Source: Bacteroidota bacterium
Lineage (GTDB): Bacteria > Bacteroidota > Bacteroidia > Flavobacteriales_F > PHOS-HE28
DNA length: 64,000 bases
Direction of reading: 5' to 3'
NCBI GenBank assembly: GCA_018267055.1
Contig: JAFDZF010000081.1
Location: forward strand, 3,345-67,344
The position numbers were made by a program, and so were the translations under genes. Under the pieces are notes generated by a model that saw only the letters and a list, made by a program, of their open reading frames with translations, made no database searches and had not been told where the DNA came from. This document shows, piece by piece, positions 56,264 to 64,000 of this stretch (positions are counted from its first letter, which is position 1; each line of letters starts with the position of its first letter).

Positions 56264-56710
56264 TCACTCCTCCACCACCTCGAAGGGGATGGCCTTCACC
56301 ACATCGCGGTGGAAGGTGACCTCGGCCTCGTACTTGCCGATGGTCTTGATGGCCTCGCCTTTCAGCTTGATGTACTTGCGGTCGATGTCGACACCGAGCA
56401 GCTTGAAGGCATCGCTGAGCATGATGGTGTTCACGCTGCCGAAGATGCGGCCCTTCTCGCCCACTTTCGCGCCGATCTTGATCGTCTTGGAGGCGAGCGC
56501 CTCCGCGTTCTTGTCGGCCTCGGCACGCACCTTGGCCTCCTTGTGGGCGCGCTGCTTCAGCGTTTCGCTGAGCTGCTTGCGCTCGCTGGTGGTGGCCGCC
56601 ACGGCCAGGCCGCGGGGCAGCAGGAAGTTGCGGGCGTAGCCGTCACGCACCTTCACCACGTCGTTCGCGAAGCCCAGGTGCTCCACGTCTTGTTTGAGGA
56701 TGACTTCCAT
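56264..56710 (-). CDS. rplI: 50S ribosomal protein L9
   Basis: 'MEVILKQDVEHLGFANDVVKVRDGYARNFLLPRGLA'. Confidence 0.95.
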   Translation of the reverse strand: MEVILKQDVEHLGFANDVVKVRDGYARNFLLPRGLAVAATTSERKQLSETLKQRAHKEAKVRAEADKNAEALASKTIKIGAKVGEKGRIFGSVNTIMLSDAFKLLGVDIDRKYIKLKGEAIKTIGKYEAEVTFHRDVVKAIPFEVVEE

Positions 56711-56720
56711 GGTCGTTGGC

Positions 56721-57044
56721 TTATTTGAGCATGTCGGCCACGTACGGCATCAGGGCCAGGTGGCGGCTGCGCTTGATGGCCTGGCTGACCTTCTTCTGGT
56801 ACTTCTGGCTGGTGCCGGTGAGGCGGCGGGGCAGGATCTTGCCCTGCTCGTTCACCAGGCGCAGGAGGAAGTCGGCGTCCTTGTAGTCGATGTACGTGAT
56901 GCCGAGCTTCTTGAAGCGGCAGTACTTCTCCTTCTTGGTCTCGATGGAGATCGGCGTGAGGTAGCGGATCTCGTTGTTGGCACCGCCGCCCTGCGTGGGG
57001 GCAGGGGTCGGGGCGGGAGCCGGGGTCGTCGTCGTTTCGCTCAT
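56721..57044 (-). CDS. rpsR: 30S ribosomal protein S18 (with Thr/Pro/Ala-rich N-terminal extension)
   Basis: '[14 protein letters not shown]...[42 protein letters not shown]'. Confidence 0.93.
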   Translation of the reverse strand: MSETTTTPAPAPTPAPTQGGGANNEIRYLTPISIETKKEKYCRFKKLGITYIDYKDADFLLRLVNEQGKILPRRLTGTSQKYQKKVSQAIKRSRHLALMPYVADMLK

Positions 57045-57056
57045 GACCGATGGATG

Positions 57057-57446
57057 TTAGTTGTCGACGTTCTCCTTCTTCTTGCGGGGAGCGCGCGCCT
57101 CGGCACCCTCTTCGTTGCCACCGCGTCCGCGGCGGCTCTCGGCGAAGGCGATGTGGTGCTTGTCCATGGCCACGGTGAGGAAGCGGATCACGCGTTCGTC
57201 ACGGCGGTATTCGGTCTCGAGCTTCTCGATGAACGCAGGTTCGCTCTCGAACTCGATCAGGTGGTAGAAGCCCGAGGACTTCTTCTGGATGGGATACGCG
57301 AGCTTGCGCATCCCCCAGCTCTCTTCGTGGCGGATCTTTCCACGGCCTTTTTTCACAAGGTCTTTGAATTTGCTTACCGCCTCCTTTGTCTGATCCTCAG
57401 ACAAAACGGGAGTCAAGATGAAGACGGTCTCGTACCGGTTGGACAT
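57057..57446 (-). CDS. rpsF: 30S ribosomal protein S6
   Basis: '[15 protein letters not shown]...[22 protein letters not shown]'. Internal ATG 57446. Confidence 0.93.
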   Translation of the reverse strand: MSNRYETVFILTPVLSEDQTKEAVSKFKDLVKKGRGKIRHEESWGMRKLAYPIQKKSSGFYHLIEFESEPAFIEKLETEYRRDERVIRFLTVAMDKHHIAFAESRRGRGGNEEGAEARAPRKKKENVDN

Positions 57447-57470
57447 GATGCCTCTTGGTAATTGGGGGTG

Positions 57471-57478
57471 CGAAAGTA
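57471..57478 (-). promoter_or_regulatory. -7-type promoter box TACTTTCG (rpsF-rpsR-rplI operon)
   Basis: 24 nt upstream of ATG 57446. Confidence 0.4.
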
Positions 57479-57630
57479 AGCAATTCCTCAGAACCCACAA
57501 GCCCTGAGGCTCAAGGGGCTAGCGGGAGGTCTCGGGCCGCCGGTCGCCCGCAGGCCGTGAACGCCCAGCGACGGAGCGCCCCCTTCAACACGTGTTGAGA
57601 TCTAGGGCCGGATACCGGAGGCGCACCGAA

Positions 57631-57638
57631 TATCTTCG
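57631..57638 (+). promoter_or_regulatory. -7-type box TATCTTCG (dnaX)
   Basis: 15 nt upstream of ATG 57654 (27 nt from ATG 57666). Confidence 0.35.
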
Positions 57639-57653
57639 CCGCCTGCCTCCGGC

Positions 57654-59477
57654 ATGGTCATCCCGATGGAACGCTTCGTCGTCAGCGCCCGCAAGTACCG
57701 CCCCGCCCTCTTCGACACCGTGGTCGGCCAGGAGGCCGTGACCGGCACGCTGAAGAACGCCATCAAGAACGACCACCTGGCCCAGGCCTTCCTGTTCACC
57801 GGCCCGCGGGGGGTGGGCAAGACCACCTGCGCCCGCATCCTGGCCCGCACGATCAACTGTGAGAACCTGGGGCCGGACCTGGTCCCCTGCGGCACCTGCG
57901 CCCCCTGCAGGACCTTCGACGAGGGGCATTCGCTGAACATCTTCGAGCTGGATGCCGCCAGCAACAACAGCGTCGACGACATCCGCAACCTGATCCTCCA
58001 GGTGCAGATCGCCCCCCAGGTGGGCACCAAGAAGGTGTACATCATCGACGAGGTGCACATGCTCAGCTCGGCGGCCTTCAATGCCTTCCTGAAGACCCTG
58101 GAGGAGCCGCCGTCGTACGCCATCTTCATCCTGGCCACCACGGAGAAGCACAAGATCCTGCCCACCATCCTGAGCCGCTGCCAGGTGTTCGACTTCCGGC
58201 GGATCACCGTGGGCGACATCGCCAAGCACCTGGCCGGCATCGCGCAGAAGGAGGGCATCGAGGCCGAGCCGCAAGCCCTGCACACCATCGCCCAGAAGGC
58301 CGACGGCGGCCTCCGCGACGCGCTGAGCATCTTCGACCAGCTGGTGAGCTTCGCCGGCCACCGGCTGACCTACCAGGACGTGGTGAAGAACCTGAACGTG
58401 CTGGACCACGAGCACTACTTCAGCCTCACCGACCAGCTGCTCCAGGGCAATACCGCCGGCGCCCTCGTGGAGTTCAACACCATCCTCTTCCAGGGCTTCG
58501 ACGGGCACCTGTTCGTGACCGGGCTGGCCAGGCACTTCCGCGACCTGCTGGTGAGCCAGGACCCGCGCACCATCCCGCTGCTGGAGGTGAGCGAGGACCT
58601 GGGCGTCCGTTACGCCCAACAGGCGCAGGCCGTGCCGCGCGACCTGCTGGTCAAGGGATTGGAACGCCTGGGCCAGGTGGACACCCAGTACAAGAACAGC
58701 AAGGAGCCCCGCCTGCTGGTGGAGCTGGCCCTGATCCAGCTCTCGCGCCTGCATGCAGGTGACGGAGGGCACACGGCCGCCCTGGCCGAAGCGGCGCCTG
58801 AGGCTCAAAAAAAAAGTCCTGACGTGACCTCGGCGGCCTCCCCGGACGTTGTTCCAGGGCCGGCCGCTCCTGTCCCCGCTCCTCCGGCCGTGGTGCCGGT
58901 GGCCTACGAAGCGCCGCCCGTCGCGGCCCCCGTGGCTTCCGCCCCTCCCCCGCATCCGGCCCCCGCGCCGAGCCCGGCCCCGGTGCGCCGACTGGCAGGG
59001 AACGTCTCCATCAAACAGACGCTGGAACGCCCGGCCGAAAGCCTGGTGGCCGAGCCCGCGCCGCTGATGGACGCTCCCGGCACAGAGCCCGCGACGCCCG
59101 ACGGACCGGTACGCGCCCTGAACCTGGCCCTGCTGCTGAAGACCTGGAAGGACTACGCCCTGGCCCGCAAGCGCGAGGGCAAGAACAGCCTGCACGCCAC
59201 GCTCACCGCCCATGAGCCCATGATCGCCGGGCCGCGCACCATCTCCTTCTCCATCGTGAACGCGGTGCAGGAGAACTACATGCGCGAGGAGAAACCCACG
59301 CTGCTGGGCCACCTCCGCCGCGAGCTGGGCGATCCCGGGCTGGACCTGAACGTGGTGAAGGAGGAGATCACCGACCTCCGCCCCCGCTACACGCCCAAGG
59401 ACAAGTTCGCCATCCTGGCGGAGAAGAACCCGGCGCTGTTGGGGCTGCGCGATGCGCTGGACCTGGACCTCGGGTAG
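57654..59477 (+). CDS. dnaX: DNA polymerase III subunit tau (gamma/tau)
   Basis: 'RKYRPALFDTVVGQEAV', Walker A 'GPRGVGKTT', Zn module 'CENLGPDLVPCGTCAPC', 'IIDEVHML', 'ILATTE', 'SRC'. A proline-rich linker follows aa ~388. Alternative start is ATG 57666. Confidence 0.94.
   Translation: MVIPMERFVVSARKYRPALFDTVVGQEAVTGTLKNAIKNDHLAQAFLFTGPRGVGKTTCARILARTINCENLGPDLVPCGTCAPCRTFDEGHSLNIFELDAASNNSVDDIRNLILQVQIAPQVGTKKVYIIDEVHMLSSAAFNAFLKTLEEPPSYAIFILATTEKHKILPTILSRCQVFDFRRITVGDIAKHLAGIAQKEGIEAEPQALHTIAQKADGGLRDALSIFDQLVSFAGHRLTYQDVVKNLNVLDHEHYFSLTDQLLQGNTAGALVEFNTILFQGFDGHLFVTGLARHFRDLLVSQDPRTIPLLEVSEDLGVRYAQQAQAVPRDLLVKGLERLGQVDTQYKNSKEPRLLVELALIQLSRLHAGDGGHTAALAEAAPEAQKKSPDVTSAASPDVVPGPAAPVPAPPAVVPVAYEAPPVAAPVASAPPPHPAPAPSPAPVRRLAGNVSIKQTLERPAESLVAEPAPLMDAPGTEPATPDGPVRALNLALLLKTWKDYALARKREGKNSLHATLTAHEPMIAGPRTISFSIVNAVQENYMREEKPTLLGHLRRELGDPGLDLNVVKEEITDLRPRYTPKDKFAILAEKNPALLGLRDALDLDLG
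58807..58815 (+). other. dnaX: A9 homopolymer (slippery A AAA AAA A) inside dnaX: candidate recoding/transcriptional-slippage site
   Basis: Zero frame reads gct caa aaa aaa agt cct gac. The -1 frame reads aaa aaa aag tcc TGA (stop 58820-58822). The +1 frame reads aaa gtc ctg acg TGA (stop 58825-58827). It is the only A-run of 7 or more that I saw in the window. Confidence 0.6.
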
Positions 59478-59576
59478 CACCCGCCGGCCGGCCCGCACGG
59501 CCTCCTGCCACTGGCCTTGGGCCACGCGCTTGATCCGGGAGCGAAGCTCGAAGGCTTGAGGCTGACGGCCAGTGGC

Positions 59577-59584
59577 TAGTTTCG
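59577..59584 (+). promoter_or_regulatory. -7-type box TAGTTTCG (icd)
   Basis: 27 nt upstream of ATG 59612. Confidence 0.4.
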
Positions 59585-59611
59585 CGCAGCGAAAAAACCG
59601 AACCAAGGACC

Positions 59612-60838
59612 ATGGCGAAGATCAAGGTGACGAACCCCGTTGTCGAGCTGGATGGCGATGAGATGACCCGCATCATCTGGCGGTGGATCAAGGAACAGCT
59701 GGTCCTGCCGTACGTGGAGGTGCCCATCGACTACTACGACCTCGGCATCGAGCACCGCGACGCCACGGACGACAAGGTGACGGTGGACGCCGCCAAGGCG
59801 ATCCAGAAGCACAACGTGGGCATCAAGTGCGCCACCATCACGCCGGACGAGGCGCGCGTGCAGGAGTTCGGCCTGAAGCAGATGTGGAAGAGCCCCAACG
59901 GCACCATCCGCAACATCCTCAACGGCACCGTGTTCCGCGAGCCGATCGTGATCGACAACATCCCGCGCCTGGTGCCGGGCTGGACCAAGCCCATCGTGAT
60001 CGGGCGCCACGCCTTCGGCGACCAGTACCGCGCCACCGATGCGGTGATCAAGGGCAAGGGCAAGCTCACCATGACCTTCACGCCCGAGGGCGGCGGCGAG
60101 GCCACCACGTGGAACGTCTACGACTTCGAGGGCAACGGCGTGGCCCTGAGCATGTACAACACGGAGGAGAGCATCGAGGGCTTCGCACGCAGCTGCTTCA
60201 ACCTGGCGCTGCAGAAGAAGTGGCCGCTCTATTTCAGCAGCAAGAACACCATCCTGAAGAAGTACGACGGCCGTTTCAAGGACATCTTCCAGGGCATCTA
60301 CGAGAAGGACTACGCCGCCGCGTTCAAGGAGGCCGGCATCACTTACGAGCACCGCCTGATCGACGACATGGTGGCCAGCGCGCTGAAGTGGAACGGCGGC
60401 TTCATCTGGGCCTGCAAGAACTACGACGGTGACGTGCAGAGCGACATCGTGGCGCAGGGCTTCGGGTCGCTGGGCCTGATGACCTCGGTACTGGTCACCC
60501 CCGACGGCAAGACCATCGAGGCGGAGGCCGCGCACGGCACGGTGACGCGCCACTACCGCATGCACCAGGAAGGCAAGCCCACCAGCACCAACCCCATCGC
60601 CAGCATCTTCGCCTGGACGCAGGGGTTGGCCTTCCGCGGCAAGCTGGACGGCAATGGGCCGCTGGTGGAATTCGCCAAGAAGCTGGAGCAGGTCTGCATC
60701 GACACCGTGAAGGCCGGGAAGATGACCAAGGACCTCGCGGCCTGCATCCACGGCGAGAAGGTGACGGCCGACAAGTACCTGACGACGGAGGCCTTCATGG
60801 CCGCGCTGCGCGAGGAGCTGGAGAAGCGGCTGAAGTAG
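59612..60838 (+). CDS. icd: Isocitrate dehydrogenase (NADP), homodimeric eukaryote-like type
   Basis: '[16 protein letters not shown]', '[10 protein letters not shown]', '[21 protein letters not shown]', 'NYDGDVQSD'. Confidence 0.96.
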   Translation: MAKIKVTNPVVELDGDEMTRIIWRWIKEQLVLPYVEVPIDYYDLGIEHRDATDDKVTVDAAKAIQKHNVGIKCATITPDEARVQEFGLKQMWKSPNGTIRNILNGTVFREPIVIDNIPRLVPGWTKPIVIGRHAFGDQYRATDAVIKGKGKLTMTFTPEGGGEATTWNVYDFEGNGVALSMYNTEESIEGFARSCFNLALQKKWPLYFSSKNTILKKYDGRFKDIFQGIYEKDYAAAFKEAGITYEHRLIDDMVASALKWNGGFIWACKNYDGDVQSDIVAQGFGSLGLMTSVLVTPDGKTIEAEAAHGTVTRHYRMHQEGKPTSTNPIASIFAWTQGLAFRGKLDGNGPLVEFAKKLEQVCIDTVKAGKMTKDLAACIHGEKVTADKYLTTEAFMAALREELEKRLK

Positions 60839-60844
60839 GCCGCG

Positions 60845-61255
60845 ATGGACGCCGCGATCACCTTCAGCGACCGCGCGGAGGACATGGACGCGGCGTTCAT
60901 CCATGCCTTCCTCACCGGCTCGTACTGGGCCAGGGACCGCACCCTGGACGAGGTGCGCCGCTGCATCGCGCACTCGCTGAACATCGGGCTCTTCCTGGCG
61001 GGCCGGCAGATCGGCTATGCCCGCCTGGTGACCGACCGCACCGTGTTCGGCTACCTGATGGACGTGTTCGTGGACGACGCCCACCGCGGCCGGGGCTTCG
61101 GCCTCCGGCTGATGGAGCACGTGCTGGCGCATCCCGACGTGGCGCGGCTACGCACGATCCGCCTGGCCACGGCGGACGCGCACGGCCTGTACGCGCGCCT
61201 CGGTTTCCGGCCCTCGGCCAACGACGGGAAGTTGATGGAACGCATCCGCCCCTGA
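60845..61255 (+). CDS. GNAT-family N-acetyltransferase
   Basis: 'VFVDDAHRGRGFGLRLMEHVL' (acetyl-CoA Q/RxxGxG/A motif). Starts 6 nt after icd. Confidence 0.8.
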   Translation: MDAAITFSDRAEDMDAAFIHAFLTGSYWARDRTLDEVRRCIAHSLNIGLFLAGRQIGYARLVTDRTVFGYLMDVFVDDAHRGRGFGLRLMEHVLAHPDVARLRTIRLATADAHGLYARLGFRPSANDGKLMERIRP

Positions 61256-61285
61256 CCCGGCGGCCCTCCGGGATGCCGCATCTTC

Positions 61286-62758
61286 GTGGTGTCCGATGCC
61301 GCCCGTTCCGTGACCGCGTCCGCCGATCGCCGCTTCCGGCGCGGTGCCTGGCTCGCCGCCCTGATCGTGTATGGCGCGGCCGCCTGGTACAGCACCGGCT
61401 ATGCCAGCGCCGACGAGCATTACCAGGTGATCGAGTTCGCCGAGGCCCGGCTGGGGCACCAGCCCGTACAGGAGCTCGCCTGGGAGTTCGGCGCGCGGAT
61501 CCGGTCGGCGGCCCTGCCGGCGATCTGCTATGCGGTGTTCAAAGGGGCGAACGCGCTGGGGCTGTCCGACCCCTTCCTGCTCACCTTCCTCCTGCGCGCG
61601 CTGACCGCGCTGCTCGCGCTCCATGCGGTCCGCTGTTTCGTCCGCGCCACGGAGCACGTGCTCGCTCCCGCCTGGCGGAAGGCCTACCTGTTCCTGTCGC
61701 TCTTCCTGTGGTTCCTTCCGTTCCAATACGTGCGCTTCGCCGGTGAAACGTGGTCCGGGCTGTTCGTCCTGCTCGGCCTGGCGACGGTGCTCACCCCCGT
61801 GGCCCGGAGCGGGCGCTGGCTCCGCGGCGGCCTGCTGCTCGGCGCCGCCTTCCTCTTCCGCCCGCCCACGCTCCTGCTCGCCCTCGGCCTCGTGCTCTGG
61901 CTCGCCCTCGTGCGCCGCGAGCGCGTGCGGCCCGTGGCCACGGTGCTGATCGGCATGGTGGCGATGATGTTGCTCGGCATCGCCGTGGACAGCTGGTTCT
62001 ACGGGTCCTTCACGGTGACCGCGGCCCGTTACCTGCACCTGGGCGTGGCCGGCGACGCGGACCACCCCTTCACCGCCTATGCCTGGTGGTACTACTTCGC
62101 CTGGACCGTGAAGCATGCCATCGCCCCCATCGGCGCATCGGTGCTCCTGGCCTTCGGGGTGCTGGTGGTGAAGCGGCCGAAGGACCCGCTCGTGTGGGTG
62201 CTCGTTCCCTTCCTGGCCCTGCACATCGTGCTGCCGCACAAGGAGCTGCGTTTCCTGTTCCCGCTCGCCGGGCTGGTGCCCCTGCTGCTGGTGCGGGCCT
62301 GGGACGTGCTGTGCGATGCGCGGACGATCGGCCGCCCCGCCCGGCGCATGATCGATGGCGTGCTCGTGCTGCTGCTGCTCGTGGACGTGCTGGCCCTCGC
62401 GGTGGTGAGCACCACGCCCGCCGGCAGCGGACGCACGACGCTGGCCGCGGCCCTGTGGCGCCTGCCTGCCGACCGACCGCTGCACCTGGCCTATGTGGCG
62501 GACGACCCGGGGATCTGGCGCATCCGCCTGCCGCGGTTCTACCGACCGCCCGGCCTCATCGACGATGGCTCCGCAGCGTCCTGCTGCGATCCACGGCATG
62601 ACCTGTCGATCGCCCCCGATGCCTGCGGGCCGCCCTGCACGGCGATCGCCACCACCCGCACCTGGAGCGATCGGCTGCGCCGGCTCTACGATGCGGACAC
62701 GGAGCATCCGTGGTCGCTGTACCTCCACGAACACCGATCGCCGCCATCACGACCATAA
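61286..62758 (+). CDS. Membrane glycosyl(mannosyl)transferase, GT22/Alg9-PIG-B-like (GT-C fold)
   Basis: 'SADEHYQVIEFA' (the DE-containing first loop typical of GT22) followed by ~10 TM helices. GTG 61286; an in-frame GTG 61310 is also possible. Confidence 0.72.
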   Translation: MVSDAARSVTASADRRFRRGAWLAALIVYGAAAWYSTGYASADEHYQVIEFAEARLGHQPVQELAWEFGARIRSAALPAICYAVFKGANALGLSDPFLLTFLLRALTALLALHAVRCFVRATEHVLAPAWRKAYLFLSLFLWFLPFQYVRFAGETWSGLFVLLGLATVLTPVARSGRWLRGGLLLGAAFLFRPPTLLLALGLVLWLALVRRERVRPVATVLIGMVAMMLLGIAVDSWFYGSFTVTAARYLHLGVAGDADHPFTAYAWWYYFAWTVKHAIAPIGASVLLAFGVLVVKRPKDPLVWVLVPFLALHIVLPHKELRFLFPLAGLVPLLLVRAWDVLCDARTIGRPARRMIDGVLVLLLLVDVLALAVVSTTPAGSGRTTLAAALWRLPADRPLHLAYVADDPGIWRIRLPRFYRPPGLIDDGSAASCCDPRHDLSIAPDACGPPCTAIATTRTWSDRLRRLYDADTEHPWSLYLHEHRSPPSRP

Positions 62759-64000
62759 CGCGCAAGGACCTGGACCGCCTCGCGGTACCCGCGATCATCA
62801 GCGGCATCGCCGAACCGGTGATCTCGCTGGTGGACACGGCTTTCGTGGGCCGCCTCGGCGCGCACGACCTCGCGGCGGTGGGCATCGCGAGCAGCTTCTT
62901 CCTCATCGTGGTGTGGGTGCTGGCGCAGACGCGCAGCGCGGTGCTGGCCGTGGTGGCGCGGTACTATGGCCAGGGGCGCGTGGCCGACATCACGGACCTG
63001 GTGCCTATCGCCCTGTGGCTGAACTTCGGGCTGGGCGTGCTGTTCTTCGCGCTCACCAACCCGTTCGCCGAAGCCATCTTCCGGCTGTACAATGCCGAGG
63101 GCGAGGTGCTGGAGAAGGCGATCGCCTACTACCACATCCGCAGCATCGGCCATCCGATCGTGCTGGGCACGTTCGCGCTCACCGGCGCGTTCCGCGGGAT
63201 CCAGAACATGAGCTGGAGCATGTGGATCAGCCTGCTTGGCGCCGCGGTGAACGGCGCGCTGAACCCGCTGCTCATCTTCGGCTGGGGGCCGGTGCCCCAC
63301 CTGGGCATCGAAGGCTCGGCACTGGCCAGCCTGATCGCGCAGGCGGTGATGTTCATCATGGCGGTGCAGGTGATGCGCAGGCGCACCCCCTTCCGCCTGT
63401 GGCCCCGCTCGTGGCGGCATCCGGAGCTGGGCGGCCTGGTCTGGAACAGCGGCAACCTCTTCGCGCGGGCCATCACGCTGAACGCCTGCTACTACCTGGC
63501 CAACCGCCTGGCCACGGGCTATGGGGTGGCGTTCATCGGTGCGCACAGCATCGCCATGCAGATCTGGCTCTTCAGCGCCTTCTTCATCGACGGCTACGCC
63601 GCCGCGGGCAGCGTGGTGGCCGGACGGCTGCACGGCGCGAACGACCGGGCGCAGCTGCACCGTGTGAGCTGGCAGGTGGTGCGCGTCACCATTATGATCG
63701 GCGCCGGGCTCGGCGCGCTCTACATCCTCGGCTACCGCTGGATCGGCGGGCTGTTCACCTCCGACGCCGAGGTGCTCGACCGGTTCAATGCGGTGTTCTG
63801 GATGGTGATCCTCACCCAGCCGATCAACGCCGTGGCCTTCGCCTGGGACGGCATCTTCAAGGGCCTCGGCGACGGGCCTTCGCTCCGCAACGCCCTCCTC
63901 TTCTCCACGTTCGTGGTGTTCATCCCGCTCGCGTTCCTCGGCGACCACCTCGGCTGGCACCTCCACGGCATCTGGGCCGCCTTCATCGGCTGGATGATCG
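62710..64000 (+). CDS. MATE-family efflux transporter, 3' end outside window
   Basis: Not in the ORF track because there is no stop before the window end. My translation in frame 62761 reads 'RKDLDRLAVPAIISGIAEPVISLVDTAFVGRLG...AHSIAMQIWLFSAFFIDGYAAAG...', typical of a MATE protein. Tentative GTG start at 62710, overlapping the upstream gene. Confidence 0.8.
   Translation, partial: MVAVPPRTPIAAITTITRKDLDRLAVPAIISGIAEPVISLVDTAFVGRLGAHDLAAVGIASSFFLIVVWVLAQTRSAVLAVVARYYGQGRVADITDLVPIALWLNFGLGVLFFALTNPFAEAIFRLYNAEGEVLEKAIAYYHIRSIGHPIVLGTFALTGAFRGIQNMSWSMWISLLGAAVNGALNPLLIFGWGPVPHLGIEGSALASLIAQAVMFIMAVQVMRRRTPFRLWPRSWRHPELGGLVWNSGNLFARAITLNACYYLANRLATGYGVAFIGAHSIAMQIWLFSAFFIDGYAAAGSVVAGRLHGANDRAQLHRVSWQVVRVTIMIGAGLGALYILGYRWIGGLFTSDAEVLDRFNAVFWMVILTQPINAVAFAWDGIFKGLGDGPSLRNALLFSTFVVFIPLAFLGDHLGWHLHGIWAAFIGWMI

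Noticed and set aside
57447-57653. 207-nt rpsF/dnaX divergent intergenic region, checked for an SRP (4.5S/ffs) RNA and for an S6:S18 autoregulatory leader. It contains the hairpin CCTCAG-N12-CTGAGG at 57486-57509
   Set aside because: ffs often lies upstream of dnaX, but I could not find the conserved SRP domain-IV sequence (GGAAGCAGCC-like) on either strand. The hairpin lies upstream of the putative rpsF -7 box, so it would not be in the 5' UTR. A covariance-model scan (Rfam SRP_bact and the S6-S18 leader model) would be decisive.

Overview
Very GC-rich (about two-thirds G+C by eye, GC3-saturated) bacterial chromosomal segment. Three things point to Bacteroidota. First, gene content: pyrG-yidC synteny, an S46 dipeptidyl-peptidase, a tricorn-like protease, and the LptD-like/amidase/MCE/Fe-S cluster. 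Second, more family-level markers: a CarboxypepD_reg-type TonB receptor and a GDYXXLXY/DUF2157 pair. Third, recurrent TAnnTT(T/C)G boxes just upstream of start codons. I call 56 CDS plus one frameshifted gene; both window-edge genes are truncated. I found no rRNA, tRNA, CRISPR, transposase, integrase, phage gene or recognisable defence gene. This is a core-genome region: pckA, acn, icd, purB, hemE, pyrG, lhgO, rpsF-rpsR-rplI, dnaX and yidC, plus many envelope proteases and outer-membrane proteins. Many long ORFs in the supplied track are mirror-strand artefacts of GC3-rich genes and were rejected. Findings worth a second look, roughly in order:
1. An A9 run inside dnaX at the gamma/tau boundary, with stop codons 2-4 codons downstream in both alternative frames (candidate programmed frameshift or transcriptional slippage).
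2. An orphan MlaD/MCE gene coupled by 4-nt overlaps to a membrane heterodisulfide-reductase-like Fe-S pair, in an amidase operon divergent from an lptD-like gene.
3. A Fur-family regulator divergent from a thioredoxin-reductase-like flavoprotein, with two TGCAAC-N3-GTTGCA dyads between them.
4. A Na+/H+ antiporter split by a frameshift at a C7 tract.
5. A strict TACTTTCG-type -7 box family, implying many short-leader or leaderless mRNAs.
6. Unusual intergenic repeats: a chain of CATG-anchored palindromes and a GATCGG x4 array.
I see no convincing novel multi-gene 'system' beyond item 2. All functional calls rest on motif-level reading of the translations, not on database searches.
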